A DNA stretch of 64,000 bases from Octopus sinensis (lineage: Eukaryota). Location of the stretch: positions 45,818,001-45,882,000 of the forward strand of contig NC_043014.1 of the NCBI RefSeq assembly GCF_006345805.1, written 5' to 3'. Both the position numbers and the translations under genes were made by a program. Positions 37,511-50,510 of this stretch are shown here, one piece after another (the stretch's first letter is position 1; every line of letters begins with the position of its first letter). Under the pieces are notes generated by a model, which was given only the letters and a program-made list of their open reading frames with translations, searched no databases and was not told the DNA's origin.

Positions 37511-37707
37511 TTTTACTTGCTTCAGTCATTTGACTGCGGTCATGCTGGAGCACTGCCTTTAGTCAAGCAAATCGATCCCCAGGACTTATTCTTTGTAAGC
37601 CTAGTACTTATTCTATCGGTCTCTTTTGCCGAACCGCTAAGTGACGGGGACGTAAACACACCAGCATCGGTTGTCAAGCAATGCTAGGGGGACAAACACA
37701 GACACAA

Positions 37708-37748
<41 letters not shown>

Positions 37749-37946
37749 TACATTACATACATACATACATACATATATATATATACGACAGGCTTCTTTC
37801 AGTTTCCGTCTACCAAATCCACTCACAAGGCATTGGTCGGCCCGGAGCTATAGCAGAAGACACATGCCCAAGATGCCACGCAGTGGGACTGAACCCGGAA
37901 CCATGTGGTTGGTTAGCAAACTACTTACCACACAGCCACTCCTGCA
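37511..37946 (-). mobile_element. SINE family A, full length
   Basis: Head, microsatellite, tail. Confidence 0.9.
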
Positions 37947-38414
37947 CCAGGATATGGCCGGTTTAAATGCTAAAAGCGTTAAAGACATATTTGGAATGGA
38001 ATTTTAAAGCGGCAGCATAGTCAAAACTCATTTTTAATTTTTTAATTTCATACGCATTTTTTGCGAATACATCATCATTGGTTACAGGTTTCTGGCAGAC
38101 ACCATAATTCGCTGTTTCATAGGATGCTGTGAGCATAAATAGACAATGCCAGAGGAAAGAACTACATAGCTTTGGCTGAAACACCTCTACCATAAGTTTA
38201 CTCAGTTGGAGCTTCAGCTAGGGCTGAACAGCAACAGATGGCAAACTACAGTAGTTGCAGTGGTTTTTATAATAATAATAATAATAATAATAGCAATAAT
38301 AATAATAATGTCGAATTAAAAATGTCATTTGCTCTGTGTTAAATAAATGCCTTAACTTCACAAGTGTCCTTAAAGCAATATTTCAAAATTGCATTAGTTA
38401 TACTTCCATGTTTT

Positions 38415-38424
38415 AAATACATGC

Positions 38425-38471
<47 letters not shown>

Positions 38472-38540
38472 TATATATATACACGCACACACATATACAT
38501 ATATATACACACACACACACAAATATATATATATATATCT

Positions 38541-38571
<31 letters not shown>

Positions 38572-38574
38572 CAC

Positions 38575-38609
<35 letters not shown>

Positions 38610-38667
38610 CACACATATATAATATATATACACATATACACACACAACATATATATATATATATAGA

Positions 38668-38706
<39 letters not shown>

Positions 38707-38819
38707 TATAATATACACATATACACACACACAAATATATATATCTATAGATATATTATATAACACACACACATATATATATATACACATATACACACAA
38801 CACAATATATATTATACAC

Positions 38820-38886
<67 letters not shown>

Positions 38887-38889
38887 CAA

Positions 38890-38932
<43 letters not shown>

Positions 38933-38985
38933 TATATATACACATACATATATATATACACATATACACACACATATATGTAAAT
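38415..38985. repeat. Compound (TA)/(CA) microsatellite
   Basis: Directly visible. Confidence 0.95.
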
Positions 38986-39143
38986 ACATCCACTTCTTTG
39001 TGCATATTTACATTTGCGTATGAGCATCTAAATATCTAAATACATGCACCTAAACACACATGCCCATGTTACATAAATACACACACACACACACGGTTCA
39101 TGTGAAAAAAAACATTGAAAAAAAATGCATTTGCACGTGCAGA

Positions 39144-39212
<69 letters not shown>

Positions 39213-40002
39213 CAATCAGACAGACAGACAAAGATAAAAAGCAGAACGTCCTCTTGGAGATTTGAATAATTATAAAAAAAAGTCAATCAGCCAAGATTCT
39301 AAAGCGAGTCTTAATTAACAAGGCCAGTCAGTCCTTCTGATGGAATCCTTCATGAAAATATATTTGGTAAGAAGAAGAAAAAAAGAAAGAAAATATTTGC
39401 CACAACAACAAAAAAAAAATGCAATTATTATGTTATTATTGCTATTATTATTATTATTATCATTATTATTATTGTTACTATTATTATCATTATTATTATT
39501 ATCATTATTATTATCATTATTGTTATTATTATTTTAGTTCTTTGCTATATGTTTTTAACTTGATGTCTACCCATGAATACAGACCTATTTTATGTGTCTT
39601 CTGTGTGTGTATGTGTTTGGCTAAGTGTGTCACAATCTGGGTGTGTTGAATGTTTTTATAGCTTGAATCTATTGCACAACAAAATCCATTATACAATCTT
39701 TTCATATTTTCCAGTAATATTTAAGCTCCCGGTAAAAAGCTTATTTCAACTGCACATTGATCTTAATTTCACATCAACTGTTTTTTTTGGGGGGGGGGCA
39801 TGCCAATGGAGAAGCCTCTATGTGGTTGCTCAGTGACCAACTCAACCTGCTTGAAATAATAGCTAAATCTCTCCCCAAATCACACCCCATTGTCTTAAGG
39901 AAAAAGAAATGATATATTTATATGAAATGATCTGATTCCTAAGATATACCTGATGAAGACGGGATGGTCATAACTGGAATGCCTTTCCATATAGGTCTAC
40001 TT

Positions 40003-40385
40003 CAATGGTTCTTGGCTAGAGTCTATAAGGCCCCTGAGGGTCCATATAAAATTTTTGGGGATCCACAAGGCCCCTGAAAAAATTTTGCTTTAGGTGTATG
40101 TAATGGTATGTATTGCAAAGATTTTTGGGGATCCACAAAAGTATTTTAAGGGCCCCTGAAAAAAGTTTGCTTTAGATGTATGTAATGGTATGTATTGCAA
40201 GAAACAGCTGGGTTTCTTTCTTTAATGTTTTATAGAGTTCAAACTACACACATGAATGAGTGAAAATACAAAATAGGAATTATGAAAGCAGTTTCTATAA
40301 TTTTTTTTTTGGGGGGGGGGGTCCACCAGAATAAAATAGTAATCAAAGGGATCCATAGATAAAAAAAAATGGTTGAGAACCTCTG
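40003..40385. mobile_element. hAT-superfamily MITE with 8-bp TSD
   Basis: Exact gtctactt at 39995-40002 and 40386-40393; termini caatggttctt and (reverse complement) cagaggttctc; internal ~70-bp tandem duplication. Confidence 0.85.
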
Positions 40386-40436
40386 GTCTACTTGATGAGA
40401 ATTCTTAAACATTGGCTTGTTTATTAAATGTCTTAA

Positions 40437-40643
40437 CCCTTTCGTTACTGTATTTATTTTGAGATGTTCTGTGTTTCTTTCAATTACTTTAAATATAACA
40501 AAAAATTTCATAAAATAACTTGGTTATCATTAAGCTAGTGTTAGGAAGATAAACTGTGACTAAGGTTTAATTCAAAACTTATGAAAACAAGACATTTGTA
40601 ATCAGTACCAGAGCCAGTTTCAGCAGGGTTGGTAACAAAAGGG
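40437..40643 (-). mobile_element. piggyBac-type MITE
   Basis: TTAA|CCCTTT...AAAGGG|TTAA; reverse complement of 47375-47595. Confidence 0.9.
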
Positions 40644-40726
40644 TTAAATATTGGCTTGTTTATAAAACGTCTTGTAGTTCTCTAAAAGACCCTCTGATAG
40701 TCCATGAGCTCAGGGGTCATGGTGAA

Positions 40727-40757
<31 letters not shown>

Positions 40758-41431
40758 GAATATCTAGTTCGTTAAGTACTTTTGATACCAAACAGTGCAT
40801 CAAGACATCAAGAAGAGCCCTTCTTACATACAATGAAGGGCAATAGATCTAATATAGGTGAGGGCAAAGCTGCTGGAGGAAGAGAAGGGGGAGACGTGTG
40901 ACAAGGTGTGGAAAGAGCAGAACAAAGGAATGACTCTGCTGTTCTGCTTCTTGTTTAGAGCCTTCTATGACTCAGGTGCTTTTCTGTGAGGGGGGTGGGG
41001 AAAACAAAACAAAACAAAACAGAAAACATTTTACTGTGGCAGCTTTGAATTCAGTGAAAAGAGATCAACCAAAAGGAAAAATAGCTATTCACTATTTAGC
41101 CTTCCATGACTTTTTATGTTGTGACTGGTGGGAAGAGAAGAGAAGCAGTGGAGCATTAAAGAAGGGAGGAAGTGGAAATAAAAATCATAGTAAAGAGTAG
41201 ATTTGCTCAATGTTGCTGCTGTTGTTTAACCCCGAGTAAGCTAACCCTGATGATGAAAGTAGGCTAGGATTGAAGTCATCGCTCAATGGTAAAGACGCTC
41301 CTTGTCAGAATCATTTGGCTTCAGGTTTGATCATGCTGCATAATAAATACCTTGAGCAAGCATCTTCTAACAACAGCTTTGGGTTGTCCTTGCCCTTTGG
41401 AAGTTAACAGAGAGAAACTGCATGAAGCTTG

Positions 41432-41466
<35 letters not shown>

Positions 41467-41559
41467 TGGTATAGGCTGAGGTTATTTCTTCATGGTAAAA
41501 TGTTCCACATAGTTTCTCTACACCATTGCTCATATGAGTATTCACATGTTTATGTATGT

Positions 41560-41915
41560 TTTTATATATACATATACATACATACACATACATATACATA
41601 CACATACATATACATACACATACATACATATATATACATATACATACATACATATACATACATATATATACATACATATACATACATATATATATATATA
41701 TATATACACAAATATATATACACAAATATATATACACACAAATATATATACACACAAATATATATACACAAATATATATGTATATATATATATAAACACA
41801 AATATACACACACACATATACACAAATATATATATATATATAAACACAAACACAAATATACACACCATATATATATATATATATAATATATATATACATA
41901 AATATATATATATGT
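41560..41915. repeat. Compound (TA)/(CA) microsatellite
   Basis: Directly visible. Confidence 0.95.
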
Positions 41916-42804
41916 ATTTTATATGTTTGTTAATGTTGTTGTCATATCTATTATATAGCTAACAAGGTTATGAAATAGCTATAAATGAATGGAATAAACA
42001 TCTATTCTCTCGCTTCACTTCTCATACCTATTCTATAAATGTATGTGTGTATATATATATATATATATACATACACGCACATATACACGCGCATATAGAC
42101 AGACACTATGTAACCGTTGAAAATTAAATGTTAAAATGACATACATTCACACAACATAATTGTATAAAACACAATTAGATGCGCACCAAACATGACAATA
42201 CACAAAACCTTCATACAAAACAAAACAAAAAAAAATAATACCTTGTAGTGTCTACTTCACCCTGATTCTCACAGACACTCCCTTATCACTCGTTACTGGA
42301 AATACAGCAAACCACTGATTGACTCATTGGAAACCAATTAGCAATGCTTCTAGTTTTAACACAAAGAAGATCTATTCAATCTGTGACCATCCTATCATTT
42401 CTTCTTTATGTCATTTTATTTTATTTTTTTATTTTTTTTATTTCGTCTAGTTTCAGCTCAGGAGCTGTGGCCATGCTGGGGCACCGCCATTTAGTGTTGC
42501 TACATGATTTTACTTCACGAATGCTTTTTAGCAATTGACATTTGGTGCATGAGAGAGTTCGATGCAGCTGCCCTCATCTGCACCTCCTGCCGCGAAGTTA
42601 AGTTCATCTGGGACACCTGACAGGATTTTCTCAATTTCTTTCTCCCCACCACTTTTTTTTTGGGGGGGGGACTTTCAAGAACAGGGTCCCTAGAACTACA
42701 TTTTTTCAACCCTTTAGCATTCAGGTTATTCTTGTCAAATTTAATACTTTTTCATTCATATTGTTTTCAATTAATCATGCATTATTTTTTTTATTATTAT
42801 TATT

Positions 42805-42930
42805 GCCCACAGGGGGCTAAACAGAGGGGACAAACAAGGACAGACAAAGGAATTAAGTCAATTACATCGACTCCAGTGCGTAACTGGTACTTATTTAATT
42901 GACATTGACCCCGAAAGGATGAAAGGCAAA
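42805..42930 (-). mobile_element. SINE family B, 3' part
   Basis: Tail variant ...gtgggcaataataat ending in (ATT)n. Confidence 0.75.
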
Positions 42931-43056
42931 TTGAATGAACCCGAAATCATGTGGTTGGTAAGCAAGCTACTTACCACAAAGCCACTCCTGCACCTATATA
43001 TATATATATATATATATATATTAATAATATATATATATAGTGGAGAGAGAGAGGAG

Positions 43057-43092
<36 letters not shown>

Positions 43093-43428
43093 AAATTTGG
43101 AGTCTAGCCAACTCCTGTCAAACTCTCCAATCCATGCCAGCACGGAAAACGGCAGATAAACAATGACACGATGATGATGATGATGATATATGTTGTGTGC
43201 GTGTGTGTCCACCACCATTACTTGACAACTGCCGATGGTTTGTCTATGTCCCTGTAACTTAGTGGTTCAGTCAAAGAGACTGATGGAATAAGTATCAAGC
43301 TTAAATATAAAAAAATAAAATAATGGTTAGTACTGGGGTCACTTCATTTGACTAAAATTCCCCCAAGGTGGTGCTCCAGCATGGCCACAGTCTAATGACT
43401 GAAGCAAGTAAAAGAATAATGAATAAAT

Positions 43429-43493
43429 GCGCAATCTGTTAGCGCGTTCGGCTGTTAATTGAAAGGTTGGTGGTTCATGCCCACCTGGGGACG
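43429..43493 (+). pseudogene. tRNA-Asn(GTT)-derived sequence, 5'-truncated
   Basis: gcgcaatctgttagcgcgttcggctgttaattgaaaggttggtggttcatgcccacctggggacg differs at 7 of 65 positions from the metazoan tRNA-Asn as I recall it; GTT at 43454-43456; the 5' acceptor strand is missing and the B-box is mutated. Confidence 0.8.
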
Positions 43494-43576
43494 AACAAAC
43501 ATATTAATTAAAATGGCGGTGCCCCAACATGGCCACAGCTTGTGAGCTGAAACTAGATGAAATAAAAAATAAAATA
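43429..43576 (+). mobile_element. Short tRNA-Asn-headed retroposon
   Basis: tRNA head joined to tail aaatggcggtgccccaacatggccacagc...gagctgaaactagatgaaataaaa; the same tail variant occurs reversed at about 42425-42495. Confidence 0.6.
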
Positions 43577-43904
43577 GGCATTTTTTTTTTATATTCTCTG
43601 AAACAAAATATATTTTTAACACATCCCAAACCATAAATTCTGTATACTGGTCCAGGCATGCTCATTATCTTCTCCAGTTTCTTTGCGGGGGGGGGGTACT
43701 TTTTATAGCATTTTAGAAGAGGAGAGGCCTAACAGCCTCTTCGCTCAGGGCAATCAACTCTCCTCTTCTTCTTGGAGAAAAGGAACAGGGCATGACATCT
43801 CTTGTGGCTCTCTCACAGAATAGCTGGTTGAGAGGGAGAGAGAGAGAGAGAGAGAGAGAGACGAAGGGGTTAGACAGGAAAGGGAAGAGAGATGAAGGGG
43901 AGAG

Positions 43905-44470
43905 TGCTGAAGAGAGGAAGAGAGAGAACTGAAGAGAGGGATAGAGAGCTGAAGAGAGAGAGGGAGAGAGCTGAAGAGAGGGAGATAGAGAGCTGAAGAG
44001 AGGGAGATAGAGAGCTGAAGAGAGGGAGATAGAGAGCTGAAGAGAGGGAGATAGAGAGCTGAAGAGAGGGAGATAGAGAGCTGAAGAGAGGGAGATAGAG
44101 AGCTGCTGAGAGGGGAGATAGAGAGCTGTGAGAGAGGGAGATGAGAGCTGAAGAGAGGGAGATAGAGAGCTGAAGAGAGGGAGATAGAGAGCTGAAGAGA
44201 GGGAGATAGAGAGCTGAAGAGAGTGGGGAGAGAGAGAGCTGAAGAGAGTGGGGAGAGAGAGAGCTGAAGAGAGTGGGGAGAGAGAGAGCTGAAGAGAGTG
44301 GGGAGAGAGAGAGCTGAAGAGAGTGGGGAGAGAGAGAGCTGAAGAGAGGGAGAGAGAGAGCTGAAGAGAGGGAGAGAGAGAGAACTGAAGAGAGGGAGAG
44401 AGAGAGAGCTGAAGAGAGGGGAGCGCGAGCTGAAGAGAGGGGGAGCGCGAGCTGAAGAGAGGGAGAGAAA
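43905..44470. repeat. About 20-bp GA-derived minisatellite
   Basis: Unit gagctgaagagagggagata and variants. Confidence 0.95.
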
Positions 44471-44815
44471 GAGATGAAGAGAGGGAGAGAGAGAGATGAA
44501 GAAAGGGATATAGAGAGATGAAGAGATGAAGAGAGGGAGATAGAGAAATGAAGAGAGGAGTAAGAAGATAGAAGATGGATGAAGAAGAAGAGGGGGAAAG
44601 AATTGGTAACAGTATTTGGAAGGCACTTTATCAATCCTGGAAGGATGAAAGGCAGATATGAACCTTGGTGAGATTTGAACCCAGAATGTAAAGAGCTGGA
44701 ACAAACTACTGCAAGGCATTTTGTCCGATGATCTAACAATTCTACCAACTGATGACCTTTCTGTACCGAAATACAACTTTAACAAACGAGAAAGAAGAGA
44801 GTAAAACATTGTGTG

Positions 44816-44846
<31 letters not shown>

Positions 44847-44893
44847 TGTGTGTGTTTGAGTGTGTGTGTGATTGAGTGAGTGTGTGTGTGTGT

Positions 44894-44930
<37 letters not shown>

Positions 44931-44984
44931 TGTGTGTGTGTGTGTGTATGTTGTGGTGATGTGTGTGTGTATGTGGAGTGTGCG

Positions 44985-45392
44985 TGTGTGTGATTGAGTG
45001 TGCGTGTGTGTGATTGAGTGTGCGTGTGTGTGTGTGATTGAGTGTGCGTGTGTGGTGTGATTGAGTGTGCGTGTGGTGTGTGTGAGGTGCGTGGTGTGTG
45101 TGTGTGATTGAGTGTGCGTGTGTGTGATTGAGTGTGCGTGTTGTGATGAGTGTGCTGTGTGTGTGATTGAGTGTGCGTGTGTGTGATTGAGTGTGCGTGT
45201 GTGTGATTGAGTGTGCGTGTGTGTGATTGAGTGTGCGTGTGTGTGATTGAGTGTGCGTGTGTGTGATTGAGTGTGTGTGTGTGTGATTGAGAGTGTGCGT
45301 TGTGTGTGATTGAGTGTGAGTGCGGTTGTGATTGAGTGTGTGTGTGATTGAGTGTGTGTGTGATTGAGTGTGCGTGTGTGTGATTGAGTGCA
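44985..45392. repeat. About 20-bp GT-derived minisatellite
   Basis: Unit gtgtgattgagtgtgcgtgt and variants. Confidence 0.95.
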
Positions 45393-46487
45393 TGCACAGT
45401 TGTGTGCAGGTGAAAGAGATGAGAGCATGGCGTGAGAACTTAAGATTAGTGTCAGAAAGAATAAGGAAGAGGTAAAGTGACAAACAACGGTTGTATATAG
45501 AAGGAAGCAAGGGCTTTGTTCCTCTATGAAAATAGGGAGCAAACAACAGCAACAACAACAACAACAAGGGTTTTCAGGTTATAACTTAGGGAGCAGTTTC
45601 ATATGTACAAGGTGAGTTCTTTCTGCTTTCTGGGGGAGAGGGAGAGAAACAGAGAGAAGAGAGGTACTGATCCCTATTTTTTTTGGGGGGGGGCTGCTGA
45701 AGACAGCCTCCCTGCAGTCAGGGACAAATGGGAGGAGGTAAGGAAAGAAATGAATTACAGGGTTGTTAGGGCATAATAGAAACAAACAAACAAAAATAAA
45801 TAAAATATATATGAAGGCCTGGATGTAGAGAAAGCAAAAAAAAAAAAAAAAAAAAAGGTGGGGGGTTGTCAACGAAAAAAAAAAAGGAGCAGTAATAGGG
45901 AAGCTCCCTTTCATTTAATTAGTATTTTTTTGTTAATATATATGCATTTTTTTTTTTCATCTTCAGTCGTCTCTGCCCCGCATCACAGAATGGATGGGCA
46001 ATGACGTACACCCGTTTGCTTAAAATGAAATAAAATAAAAATACAATTGAATATATGAAGAGAATAACGAAAAAAAAATCAACTTGTGACATAACGTCTT
46101 AAGTAAACTTCTTTTGACTTTGGTTGATTTTGGAAGAAAGAAAGAGAAAAATGTAAAAAAAAAAAAAAAAGGATTTTAATCAATGAGAAAGATGGTAACC
46201 GAAAGAGCAGATGGTTTTTTGGATGCGACAGGCATCATGCGAACAGTTTGAGAACTTATTGTAATAGAAAACACACATTCAACATGGGGCATCCACCCTA
46301 TCAATAGGATACCAAATGTCATGTTAGCCATTTGTCATGCTAGAAAACAGAGTTAAAGACAAGCAGGACTTCTGAAAAGAAGGCTGGCTGGCTGGTTGGC
46401 TGTCAGGTCAGGAGGTTTGAATGATAACCACACTGCATGCCATCTTGGCAAGTGGCGCCTACTATAGAATTTGTAAACCTTTATTCT

Positions 46488-46835
46488 TTTATTAGTTTGT
46501 CATTTGACTGTGGCCATGCTGGAGCACTGCATTTAGTCGAACAAATCGACCCAAGAACTTATTCTTTATACCACCTAGTATTTATTCTATCGGTCTCCTT
46601 TGCCAAACTTATGGGGATGTAAACATACCAACATCGGTTGTCAAGCAATGGTGGGGGGAGGGCACAAACACAGACATACACACATGGGCTCCTTTCAGTT
46701 TCCGTCTACCAAATCCACTCACAAGGCCTTGGTGAGCCTGAGGCTGTAGTAGAAGACACTTGCCCAAGGTGCCATGCAGTGGGACTGAACCCGGAAACAT
46801 GTGGCTGGTAAGCAAGCTACTTACCACACAGCCAC
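46488..46835 (-). mobile_element. SINE family A, near full length
   Basis: Head, short microsatellite, tail. Confidence 0.85.
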
Positions 46836-47374
46836 TGTAGATGTTATTGTAGATTGGTATTTACTTTATCAAGCCAGATGGATGAACAGCAAATGATACA
46901 TGCATATATAAAACACATGTATATATGTAATACATTAGAAGAAAATAAACTTTACAGTAGAATTTACTTATTCAGCTGATTCTAATAACCATTGAGATTC
47001 TTTCTTGTATTTATTTGAGCAGTTGTGAGAACCAACGCATAGAAGTGTCACAGTGAATCATCAATGTGTGTGTGTGTTATAGACAAGATAAAGTTCTGGA
47101 GGAGCGAGAGGTGAATATATTTATTTAGCCCCTAGACATCCTGTAGGACTGCAGCCGGTTTTGAGTTGAAGCATTGACGCATCCATGATATTCAGATGAT
47201 CTGAAAAACCAACCTGCTGTATTATCTGCATTGATTTGTTAATGTACAATTGTTACTGTACAATGTCCAGCATGTATATTAGTGCGGACATGTAAAATAA
47301 TTTATTAAACACTGAAATTATTGCATGATAAAGGTTGTGAAACAGCTGTACTCCTAAGGATGTCAAGTGCTTAA

Positions 47375-47595
47375 CCCTTTCGTTACCAACCTGGCTGAAA
47401 CTGGCTCTGGCTCTGTAGTACAAATGTCTTGTTTGTATAAGTTTTGAATTAAAATCTTCCAATAAACCTTAGTCACAATTTATGTTCCTAACACTAGCTT
47501 AATGATAACTAAGTTATTTTTCTAAGTTCATTGTTATATTTAAAATAATTGAAAGATACACAGAGCATCACAAAATAAATATGGTGACAAAAGGG
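47375..47595 (+). mobile_element. piggyBac-type MITE
   Basis: TTAA at 47371-47374 and 47596-47599; termini CCCTTT and AAAGGG. Confidence 0.9.
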
Positions 47596-47802
47596 TTAAA
47601 TAAATATAGCCACCTCTCATATTTCTCAACATTGTATGGTTTATATATGCCTCATGAAATAATTTCATAGATTGGATCTCTTGGATTTCAGCTGCATGGA
47701 ACTCTACATTACTATGTAGAATGGTAGCCAGATCCACTACAGGAGCTTTCTGTGATTGCCACAGGTTCTTTGAATCCATATATATTGCACTATATATATG
47801 CG

Positions 47803-47888
47803 GGGTGGCGTCATTTGAAGGCTAAAACAATGTGAAGCGCATTGTGACCAGCGATGTGTAGCAACATCTGATAGTCTGGTCGGTCACA

Positions 47889-47891
<3 letters not shown>
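47803..47891 (+). mobile_element. SINE family E, 3' tail fragment
   Basis: gcggggtggcgtcatttgaaggctaaaac...ggtcggtcacagtg followed by (TA)n. Confidence 0.75.
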
Positions 47892-47922
<31 letters not shown>

Positions 47923-47949
47923 AGAGAGACTTAGTAATTTTAATATTTC

Positions 47950-47988
<39 letters not shown>

Positions 47989-47989
47989 A

Positions 47990-48530
47990 TCATCATCATC
48001 ATCATCGTTTAGCGTCCGTTTTCCATGCTAGCATGGGTTGGACGGTTCTACTGGGGTCTGTGAAGCCAGAAGGCTTCATCAGGCCCAGTCAAATCTGGCA
48101 GTGTTTCTACGGCTGGATGCCCTTCCTAACGCCAACCACTCCGTGAGTGTAGTGGGTGCTTTTTACGTGCCACCCGCACTGTGCCAGACAGAGCTGGCAA
48201 ACGGCCACGAACGGATGGTGCTTTTTATGTGCCACCGGCACGAGGGCCAGGCGAGGCTGGCAACGGACACGAAACGGGGCGGTGCTGGCAATGGTCGCGA
48301 AACGGAAAAGTTCTCTTACATGCCACCGGCACTGGTAACACATCTGCAATTTCCATTGATCGATTCGATTCTGATCGTCACTTGCCTCAACGGGTCTTCA
48401 CAAGCAGAGTTTTGACATGCCACCGGCACTGGTAGCACATCCGCAATTTCCATTGATCGATTTCGATTCTGATCCTCACTTGCCTCATCACGTCTTCACA
48501 AGTAGAGTTTTGTGTCCCAAGAAGGGAAGG
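47990..48530 (-). mobile_element. Family C, long form with four modules
   Basis: RTE-like tail plus repeated gccggtggca(c/t)gt modules, including an ~85-bp tandem duplication at 48320-48505. Confidence 0.85.
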
Positions 48531-48542
48531 TATGCATACGTA

Positions 48543-48590
<48 letters not shown>

Positions 48591-48593
<3 letters not shown>

Positions 48594-48621
48594 CGTGACC
48601 GACCAGGCTATCAGATGTTGC

Positions 48622-48653
<32 letters not shown>

Positions 48654-48940
48654 CACCGTGACCGACCAGGCTATCAGATGTTGCTACACATTGCTGGTCA
48701 CAATGCGCTTCACATTGTTTTAGCCTTTGAATGACGCCACCCCACTGGCTAAGCAAGCAGGCCAACAGAAGAAGGAGTGGGAGAAAGAGTGGTGAAAGAG
48801 TACAGCAGGGATCACCACCCCCTGCCGGAGCGTCGTGGAGGTTTTTAGGTCAATAAACACTCACAACGCCTAGTCTGGGAATCGAAACCGCGATCCTACG
48901 ACCGCGAATCCACTGCCCTCACCACTGGGCCATTGCGCCT

Positions 48941-48942
<2 letters not shown>
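48591..48942 (-). mobile_element. SINE family E, full length, duplicated 3' terminus
   Basis: tRNA-Arg-like head at the right; terminal 33 bp duplicated with (TA)n between; (TA)n on both flanks. Confidence 0.88.
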
Positions 48943-48982
<40 letters not shown>

Positions 48983-49553
48983 CAAATATTAACTCAGAAT
49001 CTAATGTGCTACAGTCCCAAGTCATATCCCACCTAAATATTCTGCCAGATTTATGTTTGAACTGGCCACTTCCGCCCTCTTACAACAACTACAATGTCAC
49101 TGTAGAGATAAACAATCATACCCTTGAAATCTTGAAGCTACAAGATAATGCATGATTAATTAGAACAATCTGAATAAACAAGCATTACAATTAAGAGAGT
49201 AATCTGAAAGCCTAAAGGTTAAGACTGCAGGGACTTTCATATATCAGAAGTCAACCAGATAAGGACTTGGGTACTTGGTAACTTAGTAATCTCTAGTACC
49301 CCTTTACATTTATCTTATCCAGAGAGAATTTCCTTAGAGACAGACCAATGTCCTAAATCGTAGCTCTTCTAACTTATCTCAGCTACTTCAAATTTGTGCA
49401 TGTGCAGTGGTGCTGTCTGCATATTTGTCCATGCATGTTCACATGCATATCCATGTGAATTGTGTATGTATTGCACGTGGTTGGTGTGTGTTTGCATGCA
49501 TTCATGTGTGAACCCATGCAGCCATGCGGGCTTATTTCATTATATATATATAC

Positions 49554-49608
<55 letters not shown>

Positions 49609-49712
49609 CATATCCATAGGATGAGTTCAGCAAAAATTTAGATTCAGATGAATATGGTACTTAAGTTGAGGCACCAGAATTTATCCAGACAATTTTAAAG
49701 TAAGGTGATTAA

Positions 49713-49778
49713 AACCAAAATAAACAACAAGGATACCCAGAGGATATCCTCTGGATATCCTTGTTGCTTATTTTGATT
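49713..49778. repeat. 66-bp spacerless palindrome
   Basis: 33-bp arms centred at 49745/49746 with three mismatches (49715/49776, 49724/49767, 49736/49755). Confidence 0.9.
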
Positions 49779-50027
49779 ATATATATATATCTTAAAATCA
49801 GTGATTTTTCTAACATTTCTCATATATATATATATATATATTATATACCTATTGGTATGTGTTTATATATATATAGATAGATGTGTGCATGTGTGTGCAT
49901 GCGTTTATGCTGTAAATATATGTAAATGTTAAATGAGAAGAATGAGTGCACAACACTAATTATATATATATTTATTTATTTGTATCTGCACATACATGTT
50001 TATATGCATATATATATACACACACAC

Positions 50028-50084
<57 letters not shown>

Positions 50085-50474
50085 CCCAAGGATGTGCATT
50101 GTGAGTGCACGTGTAAACACGTGCACACATGCATGAGTGTCAGTGCGACGAAGCCAACGGTCAAAATAATTGACAAGTGATGTGAAGGAGTCAAGTTGAA
50201 GACGACAGACACCTACCCGCCTCGCTCCAACCCCCACCCCTACCCACTTCCACCCCATACCTCTCACACATGCCACCTCCTTCGCTTCTTGCACTTTCGG
50301 AACAGACGCGACAGGAAATATAAAGATGAGGCTGGATGCAGCGGAAAGCCTTCTAAGTAACCACTCTCCCCCTACTGAATGCAATATCCATTCAAACGCA
50401 TATGTTTGCACATATGCATAAGATGCACATACACACGTGCATGCATGCACACACACAGAAAAGACATTTGTGTA

Positions 50475-50510
<36 letters not shown>

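Noticed and set aside
37963-38193. 76-aa ORF that looks protein-like (…SYETANYGVCQKPVTNDDVFAKNAYEIKK…) with a possible acceptor
   Set aside because: No recognisable homology, and its 3' end overlaps transposon-terminus-like sequence (ttaacgcttttagcatttaaaccggcc); likely chance.
43754-45567. Longest ORF in the track (547 aa) and overlapping ORFs
   Set aside because: Read-through of the two 20-bp minisatellites and simple repeats.
48060-48090. CUGAUGA followed by a gaagcc/ggcttc hairpin in the family C tail (minus strand)
   Set aside because: No GAAA or stem III follows; other copies read ctggtgcag or ctgatgcag.
48340-48500. Family C duplicated unit reading (g/c)-gatgag/gttgag…cgaaatcgatc on the minus strand, hammerhead-like
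   Set aside because: Stems I and II do not pair, so the fold cannot form.
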